Part shown: in pieces, positions 11,876 to 23,591 of the stretch
Layout: each line of letters starts with the position of its first letter
Numbering within the stretch: position 1 is the first letter of the stretch
DNA from: an uncultured delta proteobacterium
GTDB lineage: Bacteria > Myxococcota_A > Polyangia > Polyangiales > Polyangiaceae
Reading direction: 5' to 3'
NCBI GenBank assembly: GCA_963841435.1
Contig: CAWJCS010000005.1
Location: 1,280,001 to 1,344,000 of the forward strand
Length of the DNA: 64,000 bases
Notes under the pieces: generated by a model
Database searches by the model: none
Seen by the model: the letters and a program-made list of their open reading frames with translations, nothing else
What the model was told of the DNA's origin: nothing
Program-made: the position numbers and the translations under genes

Positions 11876-13045
11876 CTAGCGCAACATGAGCCGGAGCGCC
11901 GCGCCAGGGCGTACCCGGTACGGGCGCAGGACCGCCTCGTTGCCGGTCGGTGCCGCGAGCTCGTAGCTCAGAGCCACGGGAAGGATGTCGGCGAACGCTT
12001 CGAGTCCCAGGCTGAACCGCGCGCCCAGGGGCACGCCGACGATCAGCGCGGGCGTGATGGCGGGAACCGTGACGGTGCGCGCGTCCGTGAGCGCGACGTT
12101 CGCGGAGGCGGTGCCGCCCTTGGGCGAGAAGCGAACCACGTCGATGCCGGCGCCGAAGCGTGCGCCGACGATGAAGGGCACGCTCGTGACCGCGCGTGAA
12201 AGCTCGAACGCGGCGCGAAAGCCGGTCGTCTCCCACGCCACACCAACATCGCTCTGGTGGTAGCGCTCGGGCACCTCGTAGTCTGCGCTCAGCCACACGG
12301 CGGCGAACGCACGCGGACCGCCCGTGACCCAGGCGACGGCGAAGCCCGGCCCGTGAACCCAGGGCACCTCTCGAGAAAACAGCTTCACCGAGTAGTAGGG
12401 CGCGGCGCCGAGCGACGAGGACGCTTCGCCGCTCGGCTCCGGCTCCGGCTCCGGTGGGGCCGGCTCTGGCTCCGGCTCGACGCTCGGGTGCGGTGGCTCG
12501 GCGGGCTCCCCCAACAGGCGCTCGGTCTCACTGCGAGTGAGCCCCCCCTCGGCGTCGGCGATGAGCGCGGTGACCGAGAGCGAAAGGACCTGCGCCACCG
12601 CCTCGCGCCCGGCCGCATCGAGACCATGGGGAAGCGGCACCTCGCGCACGAGGAAGCGCTCGGCGGTCCGATTGGCAAAGTAGAGGTTGGCGCGACCGGG
12701 GCGGATCCCGACGAAGCAGCGCACCGCGACGTCGGAGACGGCAGGGCGCCGCTCGAGCAGCTCCTCGCGCTTGAGCTTGTCGCGGCGCATCCAGCGCGCC
12801 GTGGCGCTGCCGAAATCCTGCGGGCCGACCACGCTCTTCAGGAGCTCGAGGTCGTCCTCGGTGCCGACCACCACGACTTCCACGACGTCCGTCGAGGCGG
12901 GCGCCACGTCGGCGGGGTCGGCGTCCGCGCGGGCGACTCCCGGAGTCAAGATCGATAGCCCGACGACGAGCGCGCCAATGATTCGCCACCGCTCCTCGGA
13001 GCTTCGGGCGGCCACCCTCGGCTGGTCGTCTTGGGTGGCTCCCAC
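11876..13045 (-). CDS. Exported protein: N-terminal domain, PE-rich linker, predicted C-terminal beta-barrel
   Basis: Signal peptide ending VARA, PEPEPE linker, amphipathic strands; third gene of ECF operon. Confidence 0.7.
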   Translation of the reverse strand: MGATQDDQPRVAARSSEERWRIIGALVVGLSILTPGVARADADPADVAPASTDVVEVVVVGTEDDLELLKSVVGPQDFGSATARWMRRDKLKREELLERRPAVSDVAVRCFVGIRPGRANLYFANRTAERFLVREVPLPHGLDAAGREAVAQVLSLSVTALIADAEGGLTRSETERLLGEPAEPPHPSVEPEPEPAPPEPEPEPSGEASSSLGAAPYYSVKLFSREVPWVHGPGFAVAWVTGGPRAFAAVWLSADYEVPERYHQSDVGVAWETTGFRAAFELSRAVTSVPFIVGARFGAGIDVVRFSPKGGTASANVALTDARTVTVPAITPALIVGVPLGARFSLGLEAFADILPVALSYELAAPTGNEAVLRPYRVRPGAALRLMLR

Positions 13046-13111
13046 TCGCGCCGATGGTGATCCGATCCTTCGGGGCCGACAAGCCTCGTCGGAAGGGAGC
13101 CGGTCCGGCGC

Positions 13112-14002
13112 CTACTCGGTCTTCGACGGCTCGCCGCCGAGCGCGCGCAGTCGGCGCTCGGCAAAGCCCACATAGGGGCTGGCCGGATAGTCGCGCACCA
13201 GCGCCGAAAGCACTTCGCGCTCGGACGGGTCGCCGAGGGCGCCGAGGGCGCGCGCCTTGCCGTAGAGCGCCTCGGGTGCCAGCCCGCCACCGTGAGCCAG
13301 ATGCCGATCGAACTCCGCGAGGGCAGCACGTGCCTGCCCGCGAGTGAGCAGCAGACCGCCGAGACGCACCTCGGCGATGCGCGCTTCCGCCGAGCTCGGG
13401 AAGCGTTGCTCGAGCGTGCGGAACACCGCGATCGCTTGCGTGGCATTGCCGTCGCGACGCGCGCGGCTGCCGCGCTCGAGGAGCTCGGCAGCGGTCTCGT
13501 CGTGGTCGACGCGCGCGACGGCTTGCACCGGCTTTTCGACGGGCGCCGCCGCGGGAGCTTCCTCGCTCTTCGCAACCACGGCGCGGACCGGCGCTGGCTT
13601 CGATGCCGGGTGCGCCTGCGGCGCGGGTGTGGTGTTGCTCGGCGCTGGAGGTCGAGGCGCTTCGAACACACCGAGCGCTGCGCTCGCTCCGAATGCAACG
13701 AGCAGACCGCACGCAGCCACCAAGCCGAGCGACCAGCGGGACCGCGACCTCGAGCGCAAGCGCTCGGGTGCGGCCTGCGCGCCGAGCGCCCAATTCCGAG
13801 CCACTTCCGAGAGACCCGCGATGCGCTGACCGTCGGCGGGGTCGAGGACCGCCGCCTGCTCGAAATCGGCGCCCAGACGCTGGGTAAGCCGGCACGAAGC
13901 GCACATTTGCAAATGGGCGGAGAGCGCCGACTGCTCGGCAGTGGAAAGGTCTCCGCGACGCTCACGCACGACGAGCTCGCTCCGGCACTCGAGCTCGGTC
14001 AC
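13112..14002 (-). CDS. Anti-sigma factor (zinc-binding HxxxCxxC, TM helix, Pro-rich linker, TPR)
   Basis: HLQMCASC, TM 'LGLVAACGLLVAFGASAAL', TPR helices ending in YPASPY; GTGA-coupled to sigma. Confidence 0.85.
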   Translation of the reverse strand: MTELECRSELVVRERRGDLSTAEQSALSAHLQMCASCRLTQRLGADFEQAAVLDPADGQRIAGLSEVARNWALGAQAAPERLRSRSRSRWSLGLVAACGLLVAFGASAALGVFEAPRPPAPSNTTPAPQAHPASKPAPVRAVVAKSEEAPAAAPVEKPVQAVARVDHDETAAELLERGSRARRDGNATQAIAVFRTLEQRFPSSAEARIAEVRLGGLLLTRGQARAALAEFDRHLAHGGGLAPEALYGKARALGALGDPSEREVLSALVRDYPASPYVGFAERRLRALGGEPSKTE

Positions 14003-14640
14003 TTCACCCCCTTGAAGAGCTCGGCGAGGCTCGGATCGTTCCGCATGGCCTTGCGCAGGGCCTTTTTGCCCAGACGGAGCCGGCTCCAGATGGTGTTCTG
14101 GGGGGAGGAGGCCACGCTTGCGATCTCTTCCACGGTGTATCCAAGGATAAAGTGCATCGCGAGGGCCTGGGCAATCACGTCTGGCAAAGAATCCAGGACG
14201 CGACCTAGTGATTCCCGGCGGCGGGCCGAAACGATCTCGGCATAGGGGCTCGGTTGATCACTTTCCGTCGCTACGCTTTCCGGGCTCTCGGGCTCGACGA
14301 GCCTGAGACGCGCCACCATGCGGCGCCGGGCCGTGAGCGCGGCGAAGAGCGCCACGCGCTGGGCGTAACGCCGGGTCGTACACTCTCCGCGGAATTCCGG
14401 AAGGGCCGCCAGAAATGCCAAGGTCGCCTCTTGCGCAACGTCATCGACGTCCGAATGGGCTCTGCCGAGGACCTGCCGCACGGTCGCGAGAATGGTGCCG
14501 CCGACCTGGGCGACGAGCGTGTGCGCGGCATGGGGATCGGCGTCCGCGGCGGCGCGCGCGAGCAGTCGAAGATCGTCCGGCCGGTCCGCACCCGGCGCGC
14601 CTCCGAGGTCACCGAGAGCACCTGTCAGCGACTTCGCCAC
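13999..14640 (-). CDS. ECF RNA polymerase sigma factor
   Basis: Region 2 'DVDDVAQEATLAF..FRGEC', region 4 'GYTVEEIA..NTIWSRLRLGK'. Confidence 0.9.
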   Translation of the reverse strand: MAKSLTGALGDLGGAPGADRPDDLRLLARAAADADPHAAHTLVAQVGGTILATVRQVLGRAHSDVDDVAQEATLAFLAALPEFRGECTTRRYAQRVALFAALTARRRMVARLRLVEPESPESVATESDQPSPYAEIVSARRRESLGRVLDSLPDVIAQALAMHFILGYTVEEIASVASSPQNTIWSRLRLGKKALRKAMRNDPSLAELFKGVK

Positions 14641-14731
14641 GGATCTTTACCATGAACAACGTCTCGCGAGCGGTCAACCGGAATGCCCGCCCGGGCCGGT
14701 TCTTCCGTGATCGCGTAAGCTCCCGGGGAAA

Positions 14732-15667
14732 GTGAGACGCAGGCGTCGCACCCTCGGTCCGCTCCCGCTCGGCGCGCTCGTCGCCGTCGGTGCGATGCTC
14801 GGCTGCGAGCGAGTCGAGGTGCTCGGCGTCGTCGGCGAGGCCAACGAGACCGGCGGCGCGGCGGGCGAGCCAGGTCTCGTCGTCGACGAGCCGCGCCTGG
14901 TCTCTTCGCTCTCCGATCCGGACGCGCGCGATACGGATCCGAGCTTTACCGAAGATCTGCGCGAGCTTTATTTCATGTCCGATCGCACGGGCCACAAGGA
15001 AATCTGGCGCTCGCTTCGACCGGCCGCGTCCGACCCGTGGGGCACGCCCGAGCTCGTACCCGAGCTCAACGGCACTAGCGGTGGCGAGAACCCGTTCGTC
15101 TCCAACGACGGCCTGTCGATCTGGTTCTTCACCGATCGCGATCGCTCGCTCGGTAGCATCTGGCACTCGACGCGCGCAGCGCGCAGCGCTCCCTGGGAGC
15201 CGCCCGAGCCGCGCTCCGAGCTCGCGCTCACGACGGGCTCGAGCGACGTCTGCGTGGCCGTCAACTCCGCCGAGACGCTGTTCGTGCTGAACGCGAAGCC
15301 CCCCGGCGCGCCGCCCTACGGCATGTACCGAATGGAGCGCACGATGCCGGACGAGCCGTTGAGCGCGCCCGAGCTCATCGACGAAATCGTGAGCGCGAGC
15401 AACGACTTCGACCCCGACATGCGGCGCGACGGGCTGTTCCTCGCCTTCGAGTCGCAGCGCGAGACGGAAAATACCCAAATCTTCTGGACGTTGCGCGCCG
15501 ATCGCAGCGAGCCTTTCCGAACCCCCGTGCGCGTTCCCGCGTTGATTTCGATCGAGGAGGACAACGCCTGCGCGTTCTCGGAGGACCTGCGCTACGTGAT
15601 GTTCTCGTCGTTCAGGACCGGCAACTCGGAGATCTTCGAGGCCATCCTGTCGACCCCACTCGAATGA
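14732..15667 (+). CDS. PD40/TolB-like beta-propeller lipoprotein
   Basis: Lipobox MLGC; repeats such as '[17 protein letters not shown]', '[17 protein letters not shown]', '[17 protein letters not shown]'. Confidence 0.8.
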   Translation: MRRRRRTLGPLPLGALVAVGAMLGCERVEVLGVVGEANETGGAAGEPGLVVDEPRLVSSLSDPDARDTDPSFTEDLRELYFMSDRTGHKEIWRSLRPAASDPWGTPELVPELNGTSGGENPFVSNDGLSIWFFTDRDRSLGSIWHSTRAARSAPWEPPEPRSELALTTGSSDVCVAVNSAETLFVLNAKPPGAPPYGMYRMERTMPDEPLSAPELIDEIVSASNDFDPDMRRDGLFLAFESQRETENTQIFWTLRADRSEPFRTPVRVPALISIEEDNACAFSEDLRYVMFSSFRTGNSEIFEAILSTPLE

Positions 15668-15683
15668 ACGACCGGGACACGCG

Positions 15684-17732
<2,049 letters not shown>

Positions 17733-17801
17733 GCGGTTGCCGCGGTGTCCGCTTCGTCGTCGGGCCGTCGTAGGCCGGGCAAGCCGCACGAGGTAGCGAA
17801 G

Positions 17802-18839
17802 ATGTTCGGTCGGCGCGCTGACTCGTGGCTGTGCCTGCTCGGCCTCGCCACCGTCGCCCTCGCGGGGCGCGCGGCCGCAGAACCGCTCGAGCGCGGCGAG
17901 TTTCGGCTGGTCTGGTCGGCGCCGAGCGCTTGCCCGAGCGCGGCCGAGACGCTCGCCCGCATCGAGTCCCTGCTGGGCGGTCCGACGCGGAAGCTCGTCA
18001 AGCGGCCGCTCGCGGCGCGCGGTCTCGTGACGGAGCTGCCGTCGGGTGACTTCGAGCTGACGCTCGAAACGTTCCAGGGCACCGAACGCTACACGCGCAG
18101 CATGCGGGCGCGCTCGTGCGTCGAGCTCACGGACGCCGGTGCTCTCGTCTTGGCGCTTTCGATCGATCCGGGCCTCGGCGAGCGTCGTCGGCTCACGACG
18201 CCGCTCGCCGACGAAACCCCGCCGGCGACGAAACCTGCCGAAGCGAGCGAGCCCCCCGCGCCGCCCGAGCAACCTGCAGCGACGAGCCGAGCACCCATGC
18301 CTCGGCCGACCGCGCGCGCGCCGAGCCCCACGCCGGCGCGCTTCTCCCTCACGGCGGCCGGCGTCGTCAACTTCGGAAGCGTCGCAACGTCGGCGTTCGG
18401 GCCCGAGCTCTCGCTGGGGCTCGAGCTTGGCCGCATCGAGATTGGCCTCGACGCGATCTTCCTGCCGCCCCGGCGATCCTACGTTTCGCCCGGCAAAGGG
18501 GGCGACATCGAGCTTGCCGCGGGCGCGGCGCGCGGCTGCTACCGGCTCGTCAACGGGCGGCTTTCGCTGCTCGGCTGCGGTGGCTTCGAGCTCGGTGAGA
18601 TCGACGGCGAGGGCGTCGGGACGCTGACCCGCACGCGGCGCCGGGGGCTCTGGCTCGCGCCCGAAGCCCTCGTCGCCGGCAGGCTGCGGCTCTTTTCGTG
18701 GCCGTTCGTCAGCGCGGGAGCCGCGGGGCTGGCTCCGATACAACCGGTGGATTTTACACTGGAAAATGTCGGTGCCGTGCATCGCTCGAGCGCCTTCGTC
18801 GTGCGTTTCTCGCTGGGTCTCGGGGGTCACTTCGACTGA
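17802..18839 (+). CDS. Exported protein: N-terminal Cys-pair domain, Pro-rich linker, predicted C-terminal beta-barrel
   Basis: Signal peptide, 'WSAPSACP..RSCVEL', Pro-rich linker, amphipathic strands ending 'RFSLGLGGHFD'; GAGGT RBS. Confidence 0.7.
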   Translation: MFGRRADSWLCLLGLATVALAGRAAAEPLERGEFRLVWSAPSACPSAAETLARIESLLGGPTRKLVKRPLAARGLVTELPSGDFELTLETFQGTERYTRSMRARSCVELTDAGALVLALSIDPGLGERRRLTTPLADETPPATKPAEASEPPAPPEQPAATSRAPMPRPTARAPSPTPARFSLTAAGVVNFGSVATSAFGPELSLGLELGRIEIGLDAIFLPPRRSYVSPGKGGDIELAAGAARGCYRLVNGRLSLLGCGGFELGEIDGEGVGTLTRTRRRGLWLAPEALVAGRLRLFSWPFVSAGAAGLAPIQPVDFTLENVGAVHRSSAFVVRFSLGLGGHFD

Positions 18840-18872
18840 CGGATCCGGCTTTTTGGACACACTTACCCGGCG

Positions 18873-19436
18873 ATGGCGCTCGCACTTTCGGTCGGAGACG
18901 CTGAGGCCGACCCAACGGCCAGCGTCGCGGAGTGGAGCGCCGCCTACGACGAGCACTTCGATTTCGTCTGGAAGAGCCTCCGGCGGCTCGGCGTGCCGTC
19001 GAGCGCGCTCGACGACGCCGCGCAGGACGTCTTCGTCGTCGCCTTCCGCCGCAAGGGCGATTTCGAAGGGCGCTCCGCGCTGAAGACGTGGCTGTTCGGC
19101 ATCGCGTGGAACGTCGCGCGTAACCTCGCGCGCGCGCGGCGTCGCGACGAGGAACCCCTCTCCGAGGTCGTCGTCGACGCGAAAAACGTCAGCCAGGAGG
19201 AAGCGGCCGCACGCGCGGAGGCCGTGAAGACGCTCTACGAGGTGCTCGATGGGCTGGAGCCGGAGAAGCGCGCGGTGTTCGTGATGGCGGAGCTCGAAGA
19301 AATGACGGCACCGGAGATCGCGGGCGTGACCGGCACGCCGCTCAACACCGTGTACTCGCGGTTGCGCAGCGCGCGCGCGGACTTCGAAGCGGGGCTCAGG
19401 CGCGTGCATGCAAAGGACTCATGGAGACAGCGATGA
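18873..19436 (+). CDS. ECF RNA polymerase sigma factor
   Basis: 'FVWKSLRRLGV..DDAAQDVF..FEGRSALKTWLFGIA' and 'RAVFVMAELEEMTAPEIA..NTVYSRLR'. Confidence 0.95.
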   Translation: MALALSVGDAEADPTASVAEWSAAYDEHFDFVWKSLRRLGVPSSALDDAAQDVFVVAFRRKGDFEGRSALKTWLFGIAWNVARNLARARRRDEEPLSEVVVDAKNVSQEEAAARAEAVKTLYEVLDGLEPEKRAVFVMAELEEMTAPEIAGVTGTPLNTVYSRLRSARADFEAGLRRVHAKDSWRQR

Positions 19437-20203
19437 GAGAGCTCAGCTCGGAAGCGAAGACTTTGATCCAACGGGCCCGCGAAGCCGACGGTCCAGGGCC
19501 GGATCGGCGAGCGCGCGTGAAGCGCAGAGTGCTCTCCACTCTTTTCGGGAGCGGCGTGAGCCTCGGTGCCGCGACCGCCACGGCGGGCCCCGCGCTGCTC
19601 GGCACGAAGAGCGCGCTCTCGACGGGCGTGATCTTCGCCTGGCTCGGCGCGGGACTGGCGCTCGGCACGGTGGTGTCGGCGCCTGCCCTCGTCATGAAGC
19701 TTGAGCGCGGCGGGCCGCCGGCGGCCGTGGCCTCTGCACGAGACCGCGAGCAGGCCCCGCCGTCTCAAAGGCCCAGCGAGCCGGAGGGCGTCGCACCCCG
19801 CGAGGCACCGGCGCCCGCCGTCACACCCCCACCCGCGGCCCCACCCGCGGAGAGGCATGCCTGGGTGGCACCCGCGGCGCCGCCGTCGCTGGTCGAGAGC
19901 GCGCCGAGCTTGGCCGACGAAACGCGCCTGCTCGAGGCAGCCCAGCGGGAGCTGGCGTCCGGCCGAGCGGCATCGGCGCTCTCGCTTCTCGACAAGCACC
20001 GCCAGCGGTTTCCGAACGCCGCCCTCGCGGAGGAGCGCAGCGCCGCGCGCGTGCTCACGCTGTGCGCGCTCGGTCGCACCGAGGAAGCGCGCCGGGCGGC
20101 CTGGGCGTTCCTCGCCGTGGCGCCGACTTCTCCGCTCGTTCCCCGGTTGCGCGGCTCGTGCGCGCTCGACGGCGCTGCCGATGATGCGATACCGACACGC
20201 TGA
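19433..20203 (+). CDS. Putative anti-sigma factor (TM helix, Pro-rich linker, C-terminal TPR)
   Basis: ATGA-coupled to sigma; TM 'VIFAWLGAGLALGTVV'; 'LADETRLLEAA..HRQRFPNAALAEER..LCALGR..PTSP'. Confidence 0.8.
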   Translation: MRELSSEAKTLIQRAREADGPGPDRRARVKRRVLSTLFGSGVSLGAATATAGPALLGTKSALSTGVIFAWLGAGLALGTVVSAPALVMKLERGGPPAAVASARDREQAPPSQRPSEPEGVAPREAPAPAVTPPPAAPPAERHAWVAPAAPPSLVESAPSLADETRLLEAAQRELASGRAASALSLLDKHRQRFPNAALAEERSAARVLTLCALGRTEEARRAAWAFLAVAPTSPLVPRLRGSCALDGAADDAIPTR

Positions 20204-20798
20204 GCTTTGCCTTTCCATTTCGCTGGTCGTCGGCTGTAGCGGCCGCGACCTCGTGATCGGCGGCGATCCCGAGCGCGAGGCGGCTCAGACCCCGGCCGCG
20301 GGCAGCTCGGGCACCGACGCGGGAACGGGCGGGGCCGCGGGCTCGAGCAGCGCGGGCAGCGGCGCTGTCATCGGCTCGAGCGGCGGCTCGAGCGGCGCCG
20401 GCGCCGAGGGCGGCGCGCCCACCGGCGACGATCCTTACCCCCCCGTGGCGTGGGAGAACGGCACCGGCTATCGCACGAGCTGCCCGAGCTACGAGAACAC
20501 CTGGGGATTTACCTGCTGGTCACTCTCGGACGTTGCGACCTCCTGCGAGACCGACGGCGACCCGCCGTGCAATGCCTGCTCGTGCGCCGTGCCCTGTGAC
20601 CAGGACGCCGACTGCCCGCTCGGTCGAAACGGGGAGGCGGCGGTGTGCGCCGGTTCGAGCACGACCGTGCGCTCGTGCTTCATCTCCTGCGAAGGCGACC
20701 CCTGCCCCACGGGCATGAGCTGCTCGGACTATCCGGGCGGCACGGCGCGCGTTTGCTCGTGGGTCGACCCCGTGGTGAGCCACGGCACTCCGAAGTGA
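20181..20798 (+). CDS. Gly/Ser-linker, Cys-rich lipoprotein
   Basis: Lipobox VVGC, Gly/Ser linker, more than 12 Cys in the C-terminal half; overlaps anti-sigma stop. Confidence 0.75.
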   Translation: MMRYRHAELCLSISLVVGCSGRDLVIGGDPEREAAQTPAAGSSGTDAGTGGAAGSSSAGSGAVIGSSGGSSGAGAEGGAPTGDDPYPPVAWENGTGYRTSCPSYENTWGFTCWSLSDVATSCETDGDPPCNACSCAVPCDQDADCPLGRNGEAAVCAGSSTTVRSCFISCEGDPCPTGMSCSDYPGGTARVCSWVDPVVSHGTPK

Positions 20799-20828
20799 CC
20801 CGTCGCGCCGCGGCCGGAGCGCGGGGGA

Positions 20829-21206
20829 TCACTCCATGCGCAGCAGCACGGCGCGCACGTGAGCAAACTCGCGGAGCAAGCGCACGAGCGCCGCGTCCGA
20901 CGCGCGCCAGTCGTCACGCTCGAGGTACTCCTCGAGATTCGTGGCAACCTGGCGCAGCCTGAGAACGCCCAAGCTTGCCGCCGCGCCCTTGAGCGTGTGC
21001 ACGGAGCTCAGCGCGCGAGCGAGCTGCCGCTCGCGCACGGCGTCGGACAGGAGAGCGATGCGTTTCTCGACGTCCGTGACGAACATCGAGACGAGCTCGA
21101 GCAAGAATTCCCGCGACACGTCACGCGCGATCGATTCGAGCCGGAAGTTCTCGAGGGTAGGGATCGGCGTGGGGCTGGTCATCGGCGTTCGAGGTGGCTC
21201 GGTCAC
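20829..21206 (-). CDS. Hpt (histidine phosphotransfer) domain protein
   Basis: 'VHTLKGAAASLG' Hpt motif; GTGA-coupled to the NtrC gene. Confidence 0.9.
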   Translation of the reverse strand: MTEPPRTPMTSPTPIPTLENFRLESIARDVSREFLLELVSMFVTDVEKRIALLSDAVRERQLARALSSVHTLKGAAASLGVLRLRQVATNLEEYLERDDWRASDAALVRLLREFAHVRAVLLRME

Positions 21207-22633
21207 GCCACTTCCCCCGGGGCGGCCCCGGGGCCGAGCTCGAGCTCGGCCAGGCGCCGATAGAGCGTCGCACGGCCGATACCCAGAAGCTTTGCAGCCC
21301 GCCCCACGCTGCCACGCGTCACGCGCAGCGCCTTCCTGATCGCACGTTGCTCGAGCTCCCGGAGCGGCAGCACGCGGTCGTCTTCCCCCAACGGGTCGAC
21401 CGGGCTCGCGGACGGTTCGGGCGCCGTCATGGGTGAGCTGCCTCGAAGGTCACGCGGTAGGTCCGAAACCTCGATCTGCTCGCTCTTGCACGAGAGCACG
21501 CTGCGGTGCACGACGTTTTCGAGCTCCCGCACGTTGCCCGGCCAAGCATGACGGCCGAGCACCTCGAGCGCCTCCGACGACACGCCCCGCACGCGATGCG
21601 GCGCACGGCCGCGGAGCTTCTCGAGGAAGTGAGCGACGAGCTGTGGGATGTCGTCTACGCGCTGGCGCAACGCCGGCAGCTCGATGGGATAAACGACGAG
21701 GCGGAAGTAGAGGTCCTCGCGGAACCGTCCGGCGTCAACCTCCTCGCGCAAGTCGCGATGCGTCGCGCAGATGATGCGGACGTCCACCGGGATCTCCTGA
21801 TTGCCGCCCACGCGTCGCACCGTGCGCTCTTGCAACGTGCGCAGCAGCACCGCCTGCGTCGCCGCACTCATCTCGCCGATCTCGTCGAGCAAGAGCGTGC
21901 CGCCCCTGGCTCTCTCGAAGCACCCGAGACGCGTCTGGATCGCACCCGTGAACGCCCCGCGCTCATGACCGAAAAGCTCGGACTCCAGGAGCGACGCCGG
22001 GATAGCAGCGCAATTGATCGCGACGAACGGCCCCTGCTTGCGCGGGCCGCCGCTGTGGATGGCCCGAGCGATGAGCTCCTTGCCGGTGCCGCTTTCCCCG
22101 TGCAAGCAAACTCCAACGTCGCTTTCGACGACGCGCTCCACTTGGTGCGACAGCTCGCGCATGGCAACGCTCGTACCGATGAGCGTCTCGAATAGGCGAC
22201 CGCTGCCCAGCGCGTTCTGGAGATCCTTTACCCGATCGAGCAGTCGGCGTCGTTCGCAGGCGCGGCGCACCGAGTGCAGCAGCCTGTCACGGTCCACTGG
22301 CTTCGTGAGGTAGTCGTAGGCACCCGCTCGCATAGCGGCGACGGCCGTGTCGACCTCGCGCTCGGCCGTCACGACGATGGTGGGCAGCTCGGGATCGCGC
22401 TCCCTTAGGTAGCTCATCACGTCGAGGCCGCTGGCTTCCCCGAGACCGAGGTCGATGCAAGCGACCGATGCCGAGGGCCCGGGATTCTCGCGCACGGAGG
22501 AGGCCGACGCGTGCTCGGAAACCACGTATCCGGCACCTTCCAGCCAGGTCCGCGTGAGACGGCGGGTGGTCGGATCGTCCTCGACCAGCACCACGACCTC
22601 ACCTGCCGCGTCGCGCCCGACCGGCTCGTTCAT
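21203..22633 (-). CDS. Sigma54-dependent response regulator (NtrC family)
   Basis: Receiver (VEDD, ID, KP), GESGTGKE, GAFTGA, LLDEIGE, RFREDLYFRL, WPGNVREL, Fis-type HTH 'AAKLLGIGRATLYRRL'. Confidence 0.95.
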   Translation of the reverse strand: MNEPVGRDAAGEVVVLVEDDPTTRRLTRTWLEGAGYVVSEHASASSVRENPGPSASVACIDLGLGEASGLDVMSYLRERDPELPTIVVTAEREVDTAVAAMRAGAYDYLTKPVDRDRLLHSVRRACERRRLLDRVKDLQNALGSGRLFETLIGTSVAMRELSHQVERVVESDVGVCLHGESGTGKELIARAIHSGGPRKQGPFVAINCAAIPASLLESELFGHERGAFTGAIQTRLGCFERARGGTLLLDEIGEMSAATQAVLLRTLQERTVRRVGGNQEIPVDVRIICATHRDLREEVDAGRFREDLYFRLVVYPIELPALRQRVDDIPQLVAHFLEKLRGRAPHRVRGVSSEALEVLGRHAWPGNVRELENVVHRSVLSCKSEQIEVSDLPRDLRGSSPMTAPEPSASPVDPLGEDDRVLPLRELEQRAIRKALRVTRGSVGRAAKLLGIGRATLYRRLAELELGPGAAPGEVA

Positions 22634-22717
22634 ACTTGAAACATCCACCGTCACGGAGAGAGTAACGGCACGCTTTGGGATGGCATTAGAGGGGGAGTGC
22701 CCCCAAAGCGTCACGGG

Positions 22718-22757
22718 CTTCCCGATTCGGGACGAACGCCTGTCTCGCCACGGTACA
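22718..22757. promoter_or_regulatory. Tandem 17-bp pseudo-palindromes, candidate enhancer
   Basis: CTTCCCGATTCGGGACG (core TCCCGA-T-TCGGGA is a perfect palindrome) and TGTCTCGCCACGGTACA, starts 23 bp apart. Confidence 0.45.
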
Positions 22758-22789
22758 TGCCGGGGGGATCGGCCGCCGCGACCAAGTGC

Positions 22790-22802
22790 TAACTCATTGA
22801 AA
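22790..22802. promoter_or_regulatory. Candidate IHF-binding site in an AT-rich patch
   Basis: TAACTCATTGAAA versus consensus TAAnnnnTTGATW, one mismatch. Confidence 0.5.
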
Positions 22803-22831
22803 ATTATGATAATTATTGCCTAGAAGCAGCA

Positions 22832-22846
22832 TGGAACAAGTCTTGC
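22832..22846 (+). promoter_or_regulatory. Sigma54 (-24/-12) promoter
   Basis: TGGAACAAGTCTTGC = GG-N10-GC with TTGC; divergent from a sigma54 activator gene. Confidence 0.6.
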
Positions 22847-22852
22847 GGAGGG

Positions 22853-23551
22853 GTGACCATGATGCCCGCCTCCGATCGAAGCCCGCTCCCCGGCGACCGC
22901 GTGGTCTCCTGTACCGTCCCCGGCCGCCGCAGCTCCGATGCCGTGGAAATCGTCACCCTGGGCGACCAGCGGACCGGTGTGGTGGTTCTCGACGTGCGGG
23001 CGGCTCGCGATCCGGAGCCACTCCGTGCCCACCTCGCGAAGGCGGCTCACGCCGCGCTCATCACGCACGAGCCGATGCACACGCTCGTCGCCCGGCTGCG
23101 CACGATCGTCTGCGAGGCGGTTGCGGCGAGCGTCGGCATCATCGCGATCAGGACCTCCTGGCTCGACGGACGCGTGGAGCTGCTCAACGCGGGTATGCCG
23201 CCCGTCGCCTGCGTCCTGCCGGATGGACGGCTCCTCCAGTTCCCGGCGCTGTCGGCTGACGTAGGTCCCCGGGTGCATCGCGCCCACCCGTACGAGCTCA
23301 TCCCCCTGACGCCGGGCAGCGTCTTCGTGCTCGCGTCGGACGGCGCCACGGCAGGCTCCCTCGAGGATGCCGACCAGCTCTGGAACGCGCTCGGTCTCCC
23401 CGACCAGGCGAGTGCCCTCGCGCAGCTGACCGACGACGAGCTCGCCGCTCAGGTCGCACCTTCGCTCGGACCCGCGCCGCTCAGCGAGGACGCGACCGTC
23501 GCCATCGTCCCGACGCGTCGTCACCCGCGCAGCCGCTCGGGCATCGTCTGA
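22853..23551 (+). CDS. Stand-alone PP2C/SpoIIE-family phosphatase-like protein, degenerate
   Basis: 'LLNAGMPP', 'VFVLASDG', 'EDATVAIV'; start may be ATG 22859 or 22862. Confidence 0.75.
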   Translation: MTMMPASDRSPLPGDRVVSCTVPGRRSSDAVEIVTLGDQRTGVVVLDVRAARDPEPLRAHLAKAAHAALITHEPMHTLVARLRTIVCEAVAASVGIIAIRTSWLDGRVELLNAGMPPVACVLPDGRLLQFPALSADVGPRVHRAHPYELIPLTPGSVFVLASDGATAGSLEDADQLWNALGLPDQASALAQLTDDELAAQVAPSLGPAPLSEDATVAIVPTRRHPRSRSGIV

Positions 23552-23591
23552 CGAGAGCGCGGCTCACCGGACGGTGAGCCGCTAAGCAGCT

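Noticed and set aside
12433-12480. CCGGCT hexamer repeats
   Set aside because: Simply encode the PEPEPE linker; likewise the Gly/Ser repeats near 31290-31350 and 43090-43140.
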